48,973 bases of DNA, from the NCBI GenBank assembly GCA_003245525.1, contig QKCY01000601.1, positions 1 to 48,973 on the forward strand. Direction: 5' to 3'. Below the pieces are notes generated by a model, which ran no database searches, was not told the DNA's origin, and saw only the letters and a program-made list of their open reading frames with translations. The position numbers and the translations under genes were made by a program. Of this stretch, positions 1 to 8,735 are shown one piece after another (position 1 is the first letter of the stretch; each line of letters opens with the position of its first letter). Origin of the DNA: Victivallales bacterium. Its GTDB lineage: Bacteria; Verrucomicrobiota; Lentisphaeria; Oligosphaerales; Lenti-02.

Positions 1-96
1 TTTGTACGCCGGGAAGGGACCGGCGATCTGCTCTGCGAACTGCACGTGCGCGGCGGGACCGGCGGCACCGCCCGGATCGCCGTACGGGTGCCCTGA
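1..96 (+). CDS. 3' end of a truncated CDS (hypothetical)
   Basis: Frame +1 reads FVRREGTGDLLCELHVRGGTGGTARIAVRVP* with GC-rich third positions; TGA at 94-96; not in the ORF track. Confidence 0.55.
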   Translation, partial: FVRREGTGDLLCELHVRGGTGGTARIAVRVP

Positions 97-154
97 CCCC
101 AACCCGTGCTCTCAGGCTCCCTGCATCCACGGGGGCCGAATCAGGATCCTGGCA

Positions 155-394
155 GCACGGTCCGCGGCGGAGGCCCGCCGCTTCTCCAGAGCCTGGCAAC
201 GAACCAGTGTGCTGGAGAAGCGCCCGGCCTCGGGCGCGGAGGGCGTTGCCTGCGCGAGAACCGCCCTCCTTCCACGGCCCCCGATGGCACCAACCACAGA
301 GTGCTGGAGGCACGGCCCGCGGCGGAGGCCCGCCGCTTCTCCAGAACCTGGCACAAAACCAACGTGCTGGAGAAGCGCCCGGCCTCGGGCGCGG
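155..394. repeat. Two ~85-bp direct repeats (155-239, 310-394), each an imperfect palindrome (REP-like)
   Basis: gcacggYccgcggcggaggcccgccgcttctccag...gtgctggagaagcgcccggcctcgggcgcgg occurs twice, 155 bp apart; cgcttctccag/ctggagaagcg and gaggcc/ggcctc are inverted arms. Confidence 0.85.
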
Positions 395-460
395 GGAACA
401 TCGCCTGCACCGAGCCCCCCCGTGACTACCCACGTCAGTCTGGCGCAGGCAATACCCGGA

Positions 461-497
461 GAAAGCAAAACGGCAGCACCGGGAAGGTGCTGCCGTT
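461..497 (-). terminator. Rho-independent terminator of secG
   Basis: Perfect 12-bp stem aacggcagcacc/ggtgctgccgtt (469-497) with 5-nt loop; the minus strand continues into a T-rich tail; ~24 bp downstream of the secG stop. Confidence 0.8.
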
Positions 498-520
498 GGG
501 TATCGGGTAGGAGAGAGAGC

Positions 521-994
521 CTACTGGGCGGCCGGGGCCTCGGCGGGCTTGGGCGCTTCCGCAGGCTTGGCCTCGGGAGCGGTCTCCGTCGCCGGAGCCT
601 CGGCAGGAGCGGTTTCGGGAGCCTTGGCTCCGTCGGTGTCCGCAGCCGGCACAGTCTGCTCGGTCTGCTCGGTCGGAGTGACCGCCTTGTCGGCATCCTT
701 GCTGTCCGCCGCCTTGGCTTCGGTCTGGATGGACTCGGTCAGGCTCTTCTTGGCGGGGTTGTGGACGCTCAGCACCTGGATCAGCAGAGCCGCAGTCAGG
801 AAGATGCTGGCGAGAATGACAGTGCCTTTGGTCAGCACATTGCCCGCCGTGGCTCCGAACACCGTCTCGGTGGTGCCACCGCCGACCGCGCCCAAACCGC
901 CACCAGCCTTGCTCTGCTGGATGAGGATGATGCCGATCAGCAGGAAAGCCGACAACAGTTGCACGACGACCAGAAGAGTGATCACAATATCCAT
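521..994 (-). CDS. secG: Preprotein translocase subunit SecG with Ala/Pro/Glu-rich C-terminal tail
   Basis: Two TM helices flanking ILIQQSKAGGGLGAVGGG...VFG...NVLTKGT, the classic SecG pattern; GGAGG upstream on the minus strand. Confidence 0.92.
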   Translation of the reverse strand: MDIVITLLVVVQLLSAFLLIGIILIQQSKAGGGLGAVGGGTTETVFGATAGNVLTKGTVILASIFLTAALLIQVLSVHNPAKKSLTESIQTEAKAADSKDADKAVTPTEQTEQTVPAADTDGAKAPETAPAEAPATETAPEAKPAEAPKPAEAPAAQ

Positions 995-1159
995 AGAAGC
1001 CTAGCCTCCAGCCGAATCCATGTTCTCCTGCCCAGCCGGTGCGACATCGCGCGATCCCCGGCCCCAAACAGGGGATGACGTCTCTGCGGACAGACTGAGA
1101 ATATAGGACCGCCTCACCCAAACGCAACCCATGTCGAACGAAAGGTTGAGCCCGACGGA

Positions 1160-1175
1160 ATATTGTATACATTAT
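1160..1175. promoter_or_regulatory. AT-rich palindrome, putative GntR-family operator in the divergent secG/BNR promoter region
   Basis: atattgta|tacattat (7/8 symmetric, core TGTATACA) in otherwise GC-rich DNA, ~45 bp upstream of the 1219 ATG. Confidence 0.4.
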
Positions 1176-1218
1176 GCCTTCGCCGTGCTCCATACCCAGT
1201 CTGGCAAAGAGGTCCGCC

Positions 1219-2523
1219 ATGACCGAAGAACCCGCCGTTTCCGGGTGGCATGTCCGCCCCCTGGCGCAGGAATCCACCGTAGTCTGCGAGTCCCCGGACC
1301 CGGCCCGGGTGTTCTGCTACAGCCCGGGGATCTGCCGCCTGCCTTCGGGGCGCCTCGTGGCGACGATGGACTTCGGCGGACCCGGAGCAAAGGACCTGCC
1401 CGGTCCCGATGGCGCGCCCTGGCAACGGGACCACCAGAGCCGCTTCTTCACCAGCGACGACGGGGGAGCGACCTGGCAGTTGCGGGCGGTCCGCCCGCTC
1501 CTGCATGCCCGTCCCTTCGTGGCGGGCGGCAGGGTCTATGTTCTCGGCCACCGCGGGGACCTCCGCGTCTGCCGGAGCGACGACGACGGGGAAAGCTGGA
1601 GCGAGACCGTCCAACTGACCGACGGACAGAACTGGCATCAGGCCCCCTGCAACGTGTGGTATGCCAACGGCTGCGTCTATCTGGTGATGGAGCGCCGCCT
1701 GCCGCGCGGCATTCGGGCCTGGGGAGTGGGCGAACTGGCACCGGTCCTAATGCGCGCCCGGCTCGATGCGGACCTCACCCGGCGGGAGAACTGGACCTTC
1801 GCCAGCGAACTGGCCTTTCTCGACGTGGTGGACCAGGAGAAACTGGACTGGTTCGGCGCTCCCTTCTACCCGTGTCCGTACCCGACCGGGGCGGACGCGG
1901 ATGGCGTGAAGGGCCGGGACTGCGCGCCGATGGGCTGGCTGGAAACCAACGTGGTGCAATTCGCCGATCCGAAGCACTACTGGTACGACCCCACCGGCCG
2001 GACGTTCCATCTCTGGATGCGGTCCCATACCGGCGGCGCAGGCCTGGCCTGCGTCGCCAAAGCGGTGGAGTTGGGGGACGAGCCGGGCACGGGAGAGATC
2101 CGGACCGAGCTGGAGACCGTGCCGTCGGGTCGGCATGCCCTGTTCGTGCCCTGCCCCGGCGGCCAGATGAAGTTCCACATTCTGCACGACGGGCAGACCG
2201 GCCTGTTCTGGTTGCTCAGCACGCAGGCGACGGACAGCATGACCCGCGCCACGCTCCTGCCGCCGGACCGCTACAATCTGCCGAACAACGAACGGCGCCG
2301 CCTGCAACTGCACTTCTCCCGCAACTGCGTGGACTGGTGCTTTGCCGGCCTGGTGGCCGTCGGGGAAGTGGAACGGGCCTCGCGGCACTACGCCAGCATG
2401 GCCATCGACGGGGAGGATCTGGTCGTCCTCAGCCGGTCGGGCGACGCCCGCGCCGCCACCGCCCACAACGGGAATCTGATCACCTTCCATCGGGTCCGCG
2501 ACTTCCGCCAGCTCGCCTACTAG
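1219..2523 (+). CDS. BNR/Asp-box repeat (sialidase-like beta-propeller) protein
   Basis: Asp boxes TSDDGGATW and RSDDDGESW; AAGAGG before ATG 1219; no obvious signal peptide. Confidence 0.8.
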   Translation: MTEEPAVSGWHVRPLAQESTVVCESPDPARVFCYSPGICRLPSGRLVATMDFGGPGAKDLPGPDGAPWQRDHQSRFFTSDDGGATWQLRAVRPLLHARPFVAGGRVYVLGHRGDLRVCRSDDDGESWSETVQLTDGQNWHQAPCNVWYANGCVYLVMERRLPRGIRAWGVGELAPVLMRARLDADLTRRENWTFASELAFLDVVDQEKLDWFGAPFYPCPYPTGADADGVKGRDCAPMGWLETNVVQFADPKHYWYDPTGRTFHLWMRSHTGGAGLACVAKAVELGDEPGTGEIRTELETVPSGRHALFVPCPGGQMKFHILHDGQTGLFWLLSTQATDSMTRATLLPPDRYNLPNNERRRLQLHFSRNCVDWCFAGLVAVGEVERASRHYASMAIDGEDLVVLSRSGDARAATAHNGNLITFHRVRDFRQLAY

Positions 2524-2539
2524 CTCCGGAGTGCTCTCC

Positions 2540-3796
2540 ATGCCGCACCGCCGCATCCGTCCCCTCGCCCCCGGCTACACCGTGGTCTTCCGCTCGCCCG
2601 ACCCGCAACGGGTGTTTGGCTACAGTCCGGGAATCCTGGCCCTGCCCAATGGCCGCCTGATCGCCACCTGCGATTTCGGCGGCCCGGGAGCCATCGACCT
2701 GCCGGGGATCAAGACCGACGCGGGGGATTTCGGTCGACCGAACCAGGGCCGGGTGGCAACCAGCGACGATGGCGGCAAGACCTGGACCGAGCGGGCCACT
2801 CTGCCTCTGATGCACGCCACCCCGTTCGTGGCAGGTGACGCGGTCTACATCGTCGGACACGGGCGCGATCTGGGCATCGTGCGGAGCGACGACCAGGGCA
2901 CCACCTGGGGCGAGCGGGTGAAGTTCACCCAGGGAGAGACCTGGCACCAGGCTCCCACCAACGTGTGGTACACGCGGGACAGGGTCTATCTGGTCATGGA
3001 ACGCTATCTCCAGTTCGCCTGGGCCCACTGCGCCCCGGTCGTGATGAGCGCCCCGGTCACGGCGGACCTCACCCGGCGGGAGTCCTGGACCTTCTCCAAC
3101 CAGACCACGTTCCGCGAGCTGGTCGGGGAGCGGGTCCCCTTCCTCGGCGTTCCCTTCTTCACCCCCGGCAGCACCGCCCCGGGCAATCCCGGCGACAAAC
3201 GCAACATGGCTCCGCTGGGCTGGCTGGAAACCCATCTCATCCAGTTCCAGGACCCCGACCACGTGTGGTACGATCCGACGGGACGCACCTTCCACCTCAT
3301 CGGCCGGGCCCATACCGGAACCACCAACCTGGCCTGCCTGGCCAAAGCGGTGGAGGGGGAGGACGGCAGCATCACCGTGGGCCTGGAACACGCCCCCAGC
3401 GGCGAACCCATGGTCTATCTCCCCTGCCCCGGCGGCCAGATGAAGTTCCATATTCTGTACGATGCCGTGACCAAGCTCTTCTGGCTTCTGAGCACCCAGG
3501 CCACGGATTCCATGGTCCGCCCCGACCGCCTGCCCGCCGACCGCTTCAACCTGCCCAACAACGAGCGGCGCCGACTGCAACTGCATTTCTCGCGCAACGC
3601 GGTGGACTGGTGCTTCGCCGGGCTTGTGGCGGTCGGGGAAACGGAGCGTTCGTCCCGCCACTACGCCAGCATGGCCATCGCGGGGGACGACCTCGTCATC
3701 CTCAGCCGCTCCGGCGACCGGGAGGCCAAAGATGCCCACAACGGGAACATCGTTACCTTCCACCGCATCCCCCGGTTCCGCGAACTGGTGTACTGA
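2540..3796 (+). CDS. BNR/Asp-box repeat (sialidase-like) protein, paralog of upstream gene
   Basis: Asp boxes TSDDGGKTW and RSDDQGTTW; near-identical C-terminal blocks (PCPGGQMKFHIL, LLSTQATDSM, NLPNNERRRLQLHFSRN); GGAG before ATG 2540. Confidence 0.8.
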   Translation: MPHRRIRPLAPGYTVVFRSPDPQRVFGYSPGILALPNGRLIATCDFGGPGAIDLPGIKTDAGDFGRPNQGRVATSDDGGKTWTERATLPLMHATPFVAGDAVYIVGHGRDLGIVRSDDQGTTWGERVKFTQGETWHQAPTNVWYTRDRVYLVMERYLQFAWAHCAPVVMSAPVTADLTRRESWTFSNQTTFRELVGERVPFLGVPFFTPGSTAPGNPGDKRNMAPLGWLETHLIQFQDPDHVWYDPTGRTFHLIGRAHTGTTNLACLAKAVEGEDGSITVGLEHAPSGEPMVYLPCPGGQMKFHILYDAVTKLFWLLSTQATDSMVRPDRLPADRFNLPNNERRRLQLHFSRNAVDWCFAGLVAVGETERSSRHYASMAIAGDDLVILSRSGDREAKDAHNGNIVTFHRIPRFRELVY

Positions 3797-4070
3797 TCCC
3801 CACTCCGCGCTCTGCGTCCGGAGTGCGGGAGCCGCCGCAATCCGCTCGGACCAGGCGGAGGCGAGAACCGGATGCAACGCGCTCCTCGCCGCACGGAGGC
3901 GGCTTCCACGTTGCGGCCCCGGATGGTGGGCATGTGGTCGGCGAACGTGCGGATTCCGGGGCCAGCAGAACCGGCTGACTGTGGGAAAAGACAATGCGTT
4001 CGCGGCCCGTCTTGTACCATCGACTCGGTTGGTTCCTGTCAATCATTTCCAGGCAAATGCGCAACATTCG

Positions 4071-4099
4071 TTGCCAGAATCGCTTGCCTGCGCTATACT
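4071..4099 (+). promoter_or_regulatory. Sigma70-type promoter for the CNNM operon
   Basis: TTGCCA (4071-4076), 17-bp spacer, TATACT (4094-4099) in an AT-rich patch. Confidence 0.6.
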
Positions 4100-4138
4100 T
4101 TGCGCTTAGTCCTCCTTTTGTCCTATGGTAGTTGATGA

Positions 4139-4297
4139 ATGAACGACGAACTGACATCCGCCGACGAACCTCCGCCTAGGCGCGGGCCCCAGGGGCCCAG
4201 CGATCCTGCTCTCTCCGCCGACGAAGACGACGACTCGCGAAGACCGCGCGGGCTGGTCGGTCTGCTCAAGTCCCCGCCGCGAGGTCGCCGGGGATGA
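4139..4297 (+). CDS. Putative 52-aa leader/small ORF translationally coupled to the CNNM gene
   Basis: MNDELTSADEPPPRRGPQGPSDPALSADEDDDSRRPRGLVGLLKSPPRGRRG*; its TGA overlaps the 4294 ATG (ATGA); lies 40 bp after the promoter. Confidence 0.4.
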   Translation: MNDELTSADEPPPRRGPQGPSDPALSADEDDDSRRPRGLVGLLKSPPRGRRG

Positions 4298-5619
4298 AGG
4301 AGTTCCTGGCGATGATTCCCAGCCTCTTGGGGCTGGGCATACTGCTTTCGTTGTCCGCCTTTTTCTCGGGGTCGGAAACGGCACTGTTCTCCCTGACCCG
4401 CTCCCAGGTCCGCCGCTTGCGCGAAGGCCAGGGCGGCGAACGGGCGGCGAGCGAATTGCTGCGGGCACCCCACCGTCTGCTCAGTTCGCTGCTGGTGGGC
4501 AACATGGTGGTGAACATCATGCTGGCCAGCGTGGTCGCCAGCATGACTGAACGGCTGTTGCCGGAGGATGCAGGCTCCTGGGCCGCCGCCGGTGCCATCG
4601 CGGTCAGCACGCTGCTCCTCATGGTGTTCGGGGAACTGACCCCGAAAACCCTGGCCGTGCATCACGCCCTGCCCTTCTCCCTGACTATCTCGCGTCCCTT
4701 GCTGCTGTTCAGCCGCCTGATCGCTCCGATCCGCTGGGTCCTGCGGGTGGTGACCACCGGCCTGCTCCATCTGCTGGGCCAGGCCAATGTGCCCGGCTGG
4801 GGCGCGCTGACCCGCGAGGAACTGGCCGCCACCCTGGCGGCTGGCGAGGCGGCCGGGGCCACCGATGCCCATGAGCGCGAGTTGGTCGAACACATCCTGC
4901 AATTGGGCACCGTGCAAGCCCGCGAGATCATGGTCCACCGCATGGACGTGGTAGGCATCCAGGACGGCCTTACCGTGGAACAGGCCTATGCCCGGGCCTG
5001 CACCATGCGGCGTTCCCGGCTGCCGGTCTACCACGAGGACCTGGACGACATCTGGGGTATCATCTCCGCCGTCGACCTGCCCCGGTGGCAGGGCTCCGAA
5101 CTGCGCGACATGCCATTGGCCGAGCTGCGCGCGCGGGTCCAGGCAGGCGAACGTGGCCTGCCGGTCTACCAGGCCCATATGGCCCCCGAAACGGTGCCGG
5201 TCGAGCGGCTGCTGGCAAACATGCGTGAGCTGCGTACCCATTTTGTGGTGCTGGTGGGCGAATACGGCGGCACCAGCGGCATTCTGACCCTCGACGATAT
5301 CCTGGGGGAGCTGCTGGGCCATCTGCCTCCCGGAATCGAGGGTGCCACCAGCGAACCGTCCGAAGAGGGTGCCATCTTCGCCGACGGGCGCACCCCGTTG
5401 CGGCAACTCAACGAGGCCCACGACCTCAACCTCCAGACCGAGGAGGCGGATACCCTCGGCGGCTACATCCACGAACGCCTCGGCCGCCTGGCCCGGGCAG
5501 GCGACGAGGTCCCCGACGGCCGCTATGTCTTCCAGGTGGTCCGCATGTCCGGCCGCCGCATCGGCATGGTCCGCATCCGCCGGGTTGACACGAACCACGA
5601 GGAGGAGGCCGACGCATGA
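4294..5619 (+). CDS. CNNM/CorB-like (DUF21-CBS-CorC_HlyC, hemolysin family) Mg2+/Co2+ transport protein
   Basis: SAFFSGSETALFSL, LLVGN, FGELTPK, CBS pair, GEYGGTSGILTLDDILGEL, C-terminal DTLGGY. Confidence 0.9.
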   Translation: MKEFLAMIPSLLGLGILLSLSAFFSGSETALFSLTRSQVRRLREGQGGERAASELLRAPHRLLSSLLVGNMVVNIMLASVVASMTERLLPEDAGSWAAAGAIAVSTLLLMVFGELTPKTLAVHHALPFSLTISRPLLLFSRLIAPIRWVLRVVTTGLLHLLGQANVPGWGALTREELAATLAAGEAAGATDAHERELVEHILQLGTVQAREIMVHRMDVVGIQDGLTVEQAYARACTMRRSRLPVYHEDLDDIWGIISAVDLPRWQGSELRDMPLAELRARVQAGERGLPVYQAHMAPETVPVERLLANMRELRTHFVVLVGEYGGTSGILTLDDILGELLGHLPPGIEGATSEPSEEGAIFADGRTPLRQLNEAHDLNLQTEEADTLGGYIHERLGRLARAGDEVPDGRYVFQVVRMSGRRIGMVRIRRVDTNHEEEADA

Positions 5620-6929
5620 TGCCCCTCCTACTCATGGCTGGCGCGGTGTTCCTCCTGGTTCTGCTGGAAGGGTTCTTCAGCGGTTCCGAGACCGTTTTCA
5701 CCTCCACCAGCAAGGCCTTTGTCCATGACTTGGCCGAGAAGGGCGACCCCAAGGCCCGGCTCATCCTGCGCATGTTGGCGAAGATCGAGCGGTTCCTGGG
5801 CACGACCCTGCTGGGCACGAACCTGGCGGTGGCCTCCTCCACCACCCTCTGCCAGATTCTCCTGGCCCGGTCGCTGTTCGCCAACCCGCACGTGCTGGAA
5901 TCCCTGCAGCGCATCCCCATTCCCTGCAACTGGGAAACCCTGATCAACACCCTGGTGATGACCCCCGTCATCCTGCTGTTCGGCGAGTTGGTGCCCAAGT
6001 CCCTGGCCCGAGCCCATGCCGACTCCCTGGCTCCCCGCCTAGCCCGTCCCTTGCAGTGGGCAGGCTGGATTCTGCGGCCGGGAGTGATCTTCATCGGCTG
6101 GATCGCCCGTCGGTTGGTGCGCCTGCTAGGCGGCGAGCCCAGTGGGCTGCTCACCCCCCATGTCACCCGCGAGGACCTGCGCGCCCTGGCCGACATGGCA
6201 GCCGAACAGGGCCTCGTGCCGGAACAGGCTGGCACCATGCTGAAGACGGTTTTCCACCTCGACCAGCGCCCCGTCGCCGCCATGATGACCCCGCTGGTGG
6301 ACGTACAGTCGTTGCCCCTCACCGCAACCATCGCGGACGGCGAGGCGCTCGTGGCCCAGTCGGGCCATGCCCGTTTCCCCGTCTACGACACGCGGGTGGA
6401 CGAGATCGTGGGCACGCTGGACATGCGGGCGCTGCTCTTCCGCCGCAACCACGATCCGCAGGTGAAACCCGAGACCCGCATCGCCCCCTTCGTGGACCGC
6501 CATGCGGCCTTCGTCCCCGAATCCAAGTCGGTCGTTGACCTGCTGGCCGACCTGCGCTACCGCAAGACCCCCATGGTGATCGTGGTGGACGAGCATGGCG
6601 GGGTGACGGGCATCGTCACCATGCGCGACCTGCTCGAAGAGATCGTGGGCGAACTACAGGACGAGCGGGACCGTCCCGGCAACGCCGTGGAACGGATCGG
6701 CGGCCAGACCCTGGAGTGCGACGGACGCCTGGACGTGCGCGAACTCGCCGACCATCTCGCCATCCAACTGGAGCCAAACGGCTTCGAGACGGCAGCCGGG
6801 CTTGTCCTCAAACTGGCCGGGCGGATCCCCCAGGAGGGGGAGACCTTCCCCCTCGACGACTACGACATCACCGTCCTGAGCATGGACCGGCACCGGATCG
6901 GGCGCCTGCGTTTCGTCCACCGGACCTAG
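5616..6929 (+). CDS. Second CNNM/CorB-like (DUF21-CBS-CorC_HlyC) protein
   Basis: GFFSGSET, LLGTN, FGELVPK, VDEHGGVTGIVTMRDLLEEIVGE, ETAAGL; ATGA overlap with the previous gene. Confidence 0.9.
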   Translation: MMPLLLMAGAVFLLVLLEGFFSGSETVFTSTSKAFVHDLAEKGDPKARLILRMLAKIERFLGTTLLGTNLAVASSTTLCQILLARSLFANPHVLESLQRIPIPCNWETLINTLVMTPVILLFGELVPKSLARAHADSLAPRLARPLQWAGWILRPGVIFIGWIARRLVRLLGGEPSGLLTPHVTREDLRALADMAAEQGLVPEQAGTMLKTVFHLDQRPVAAMMTPLVDVQSLPLTATIADGEALVAQSGHARFPVYDTRVDEIVGTLDMRALLFRRNHDPQVKPETRIAPFVDRHAAFVPESKSVVDLLADLRYRKTPMVIVVDEHGGVTGIVTMRDLLEEIVGELQDERDRPGNAVERIGGQTLECDGRLDVRELADHLAIQLEPNGFETAAGLVLKLAGRIPQEGETFPLDDYDITVLSMDRHRIGRLRFVHRT

Positions 6930-7041
6930 CCGCTACGGCTTTCGCCATCACTCCCCTTGCGCGCCCCACCGGACGCAGTAACGTGTGGGCGGGTGGAACC
7001 GGGCTCCGGTTCCGGGTATACAGGTCACGGAGAATGCGACG

Positions 7042-8304
7042 ATGGCACGCACGAAGCTGGCGATCCACGGTGGTGTCAAGACGGTTCCGGACGGGCTCAT
7101 GAAGAGTTGGCCGCCGGTGGACCAGACGGACCGGGATCTCATCCTGGGCTCCCTCGACCGCCAGGAATACACCTACGGCACGAACTACAAGGCCCTGGAA
7201 CGGGAGTTCGCCGAGTGGCTGGGCATCTCCGTGCCCACCGTGTTCTGCAATTCCGGCACCGCCGCCCTGCACATGGCCGTGGTCGCCTGCGGCTGCGGCG
7301 TGGGCGACGAGGTGATCGCCCCCGCCTACACCTGGCCCTCCTCGGTCACCTGCTGCCTGCACCACAATGTCATCCCGGTCTTCGTGGACATCGACTGGGC
7401 CACCATGAACATCGACGTGGACCAGATCGAGGCCGCCATCACGCCCCGCACCAAGGCGATCATCGCCGTCCACCTGCACGGCCTGCCGGTGAACATGGAT
7501 GCGGTCGGGAGCATCGCCAAGAAACACAACCTGAAGGTCATCGAGGACTGCTGCCAGGCTCACGGTGCCACCTTCAAGGGCCGCAAGGTGGGGACCTTCG
7601 GCGACTGCGCCGCCTTTAGCTGCAACCACAACAAGCTCATGTGCGCGGGCGAAGGCGGCTTCTTCGTCGCCGCCAACGAGCAACTGCTCGGCCTGGGGAA
7701 GACCCTCTGGTACTTCGGCGAGAACCGTCCGCCAGTGGAGGATGGCGACTTCCACACCTACGGCATGGGCTGGATGTACCGCAGTTCCGAGCTGGTGGCC
7801 AGCTTCGCCCGCGCCCAGCTTGCCAAGCTCGACGGCTACATCGCCCGGATCGCCCAGAACGCGATCTGCCTGCACGAACTCCTGGCCGACTGCCCCCACC
7901 TCATCCGCCCCTACGTGCCGGAAGACACGGTGATGAACTGGTACAACTACACCGTCCGCTTCGACATGGAGGCCCTCGGCCACGCCGACAACCCCGCCGC
8001 CTTCCGCAACAAGATCGTGGACGCCCTCCGCGCCGAAGGGGTCCAGACCGGTGTCTGGCAAGGCTGGCCCGTCCCCAAGATGACCGTCTTCCAGGCCAAG
8101 AACGGCTACGGCAAGGGCTGCCCCTGGGCCTGCCAGACCGCGAGCAAGCCCGACTACCGGCTCAGTAGCTTCCCGGTCGCCCAGAAGCACGCCGACTGCC
8201 ACACCGGCATGACCTTCCCCCTGCGTCCCCCGAACGGCACCGAACTGGTCCGCTACGTGGCCGAGGCCTTCCACAGGGTCCTCGCCAACGCCGACCAACT
8301 CTAG
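7042..8304 (+). CDS. DegT/DnrJ/EryC1/StrS family PLP-dependent aminotransferase
   Basis: NSGTAALH, GDEVI, TKAIIAVHLHG, VIEDCCQAHGA, FSCNHNK (PLP Lys), GEGG; GGAG before ATG 7042. Confidence 0.9.
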   Translation: MARTKLAIHGGVKTVPDGLMKSWPPVDQTDRDLILGSLDRQEYTYGTNYKALEREFAEWLGISVPTVFCNSGTAALHMAVVACGCGVGDEVIAPAYTWPSSVTCCLHHNVIPVFVDIDWATMNIDVDQIEAAITPRTKAIIAVHLHGLPVNMDAVGSIAKKHNLKVIEDCCQAHGATFKGRKVGTFGDCAAFSCNHNKLMCAGEGGFFVAANEQLLGLGKTLWYFGENRPPVEDGDFHTYGMGWMYRSSELVASFARAQLAKLDGYIARIAQNAICLHELLADCPHLIRPYVPEDTVMNWYNYTVRFDMEALGHADNPAAFRNKIVDALRAEGVQTGVWQGWPVPKMTVFQAKNGYGKGCPWACQTASKPDYRLSSFPVAQKHADCHTGMTFPLRPPNGTELVRYVAEAFHRVLANADQL

Positions 8305-8336
8305 CCCGGTGCCATCTGCATAGAGCCGCAGCATCC

Positions 8337-8359
8337 GTGACGCAGGCGCCCTCGCCTGC
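8337..8359. repeat. Short REP-like hairpin, related to the 23285 element
   Basis: gtgacgcaggcgccctcgcctgc vs gtagcgcaggcgtcctcgcctgc at 23285. Confidence 0.55.
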
Positions 8360-8435
8360 TGAGGGCATTGGGTTTTGTCCCGCATTATTCATGCGCTTCG
8401 CAGTGCGTTGCGGATCGGCTTGCTACTGCTTCGGT

Positions 8436-8656
8436 AATCCCAACGGGATTGGGTCCCCTAGCCCAGGGTTGTCCCGCCACTGCGGGACTACCCTGGGATC
8501 GAGTGCCCCTCCTGATCTCCAACCCCAACCGGGGTTGCGTTGTCCCGTTGCCTGACACAACCCCAGTGGGGTTGACGGAAATGACCGACCCTACCCAGGG
8601 TAGGCCCGCGTACCGCAGGCCAACCCTGGGCTATCGGACGCAGCCCCCTTGGGGCT
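8436..8656. repeat. ~220-bp nested palindromic element (REP-cluster/MITE-like) between convergent genes
   Basis: tagcccagggttg (8459-8471)/caaccctgggcta (8621-8633); ctaccctggg (8488-8497)/cccagggtag (8594-8603); two caacccc..ggggttg hairpins; terminal aatccc-aac-gggatt and agcccc..ggggct hairpins. Confidence 0.8.
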
Positions 8657-8735
8657 TATTCCCCAATGCCGTTCACACTCGGCCCGCGCCCCCACCGGCC
8701 GAGAAGGCGGAATCGGAGCGCATGAACCCAATGGG

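Noticed and set aside
155-394. Possible CRISPR array
   Set aside because: Only two long (~85 bp) copies, not 23-47 bp repeats with unique spacers; no cas genes in the window.
97-520. tRNA-Leu that often follows secG
   Set aside because: No cloverleaf, T-loop GTTCRA or CCA end recognisable; a terminator and repeats occupy the region.
3797-4010. Possible ncRNA or small gene after the BNR pair
   Set aside because: Only short GC hairpins (e.g. cactccg...cggagtg); no convincing ORF or known RNA motif.
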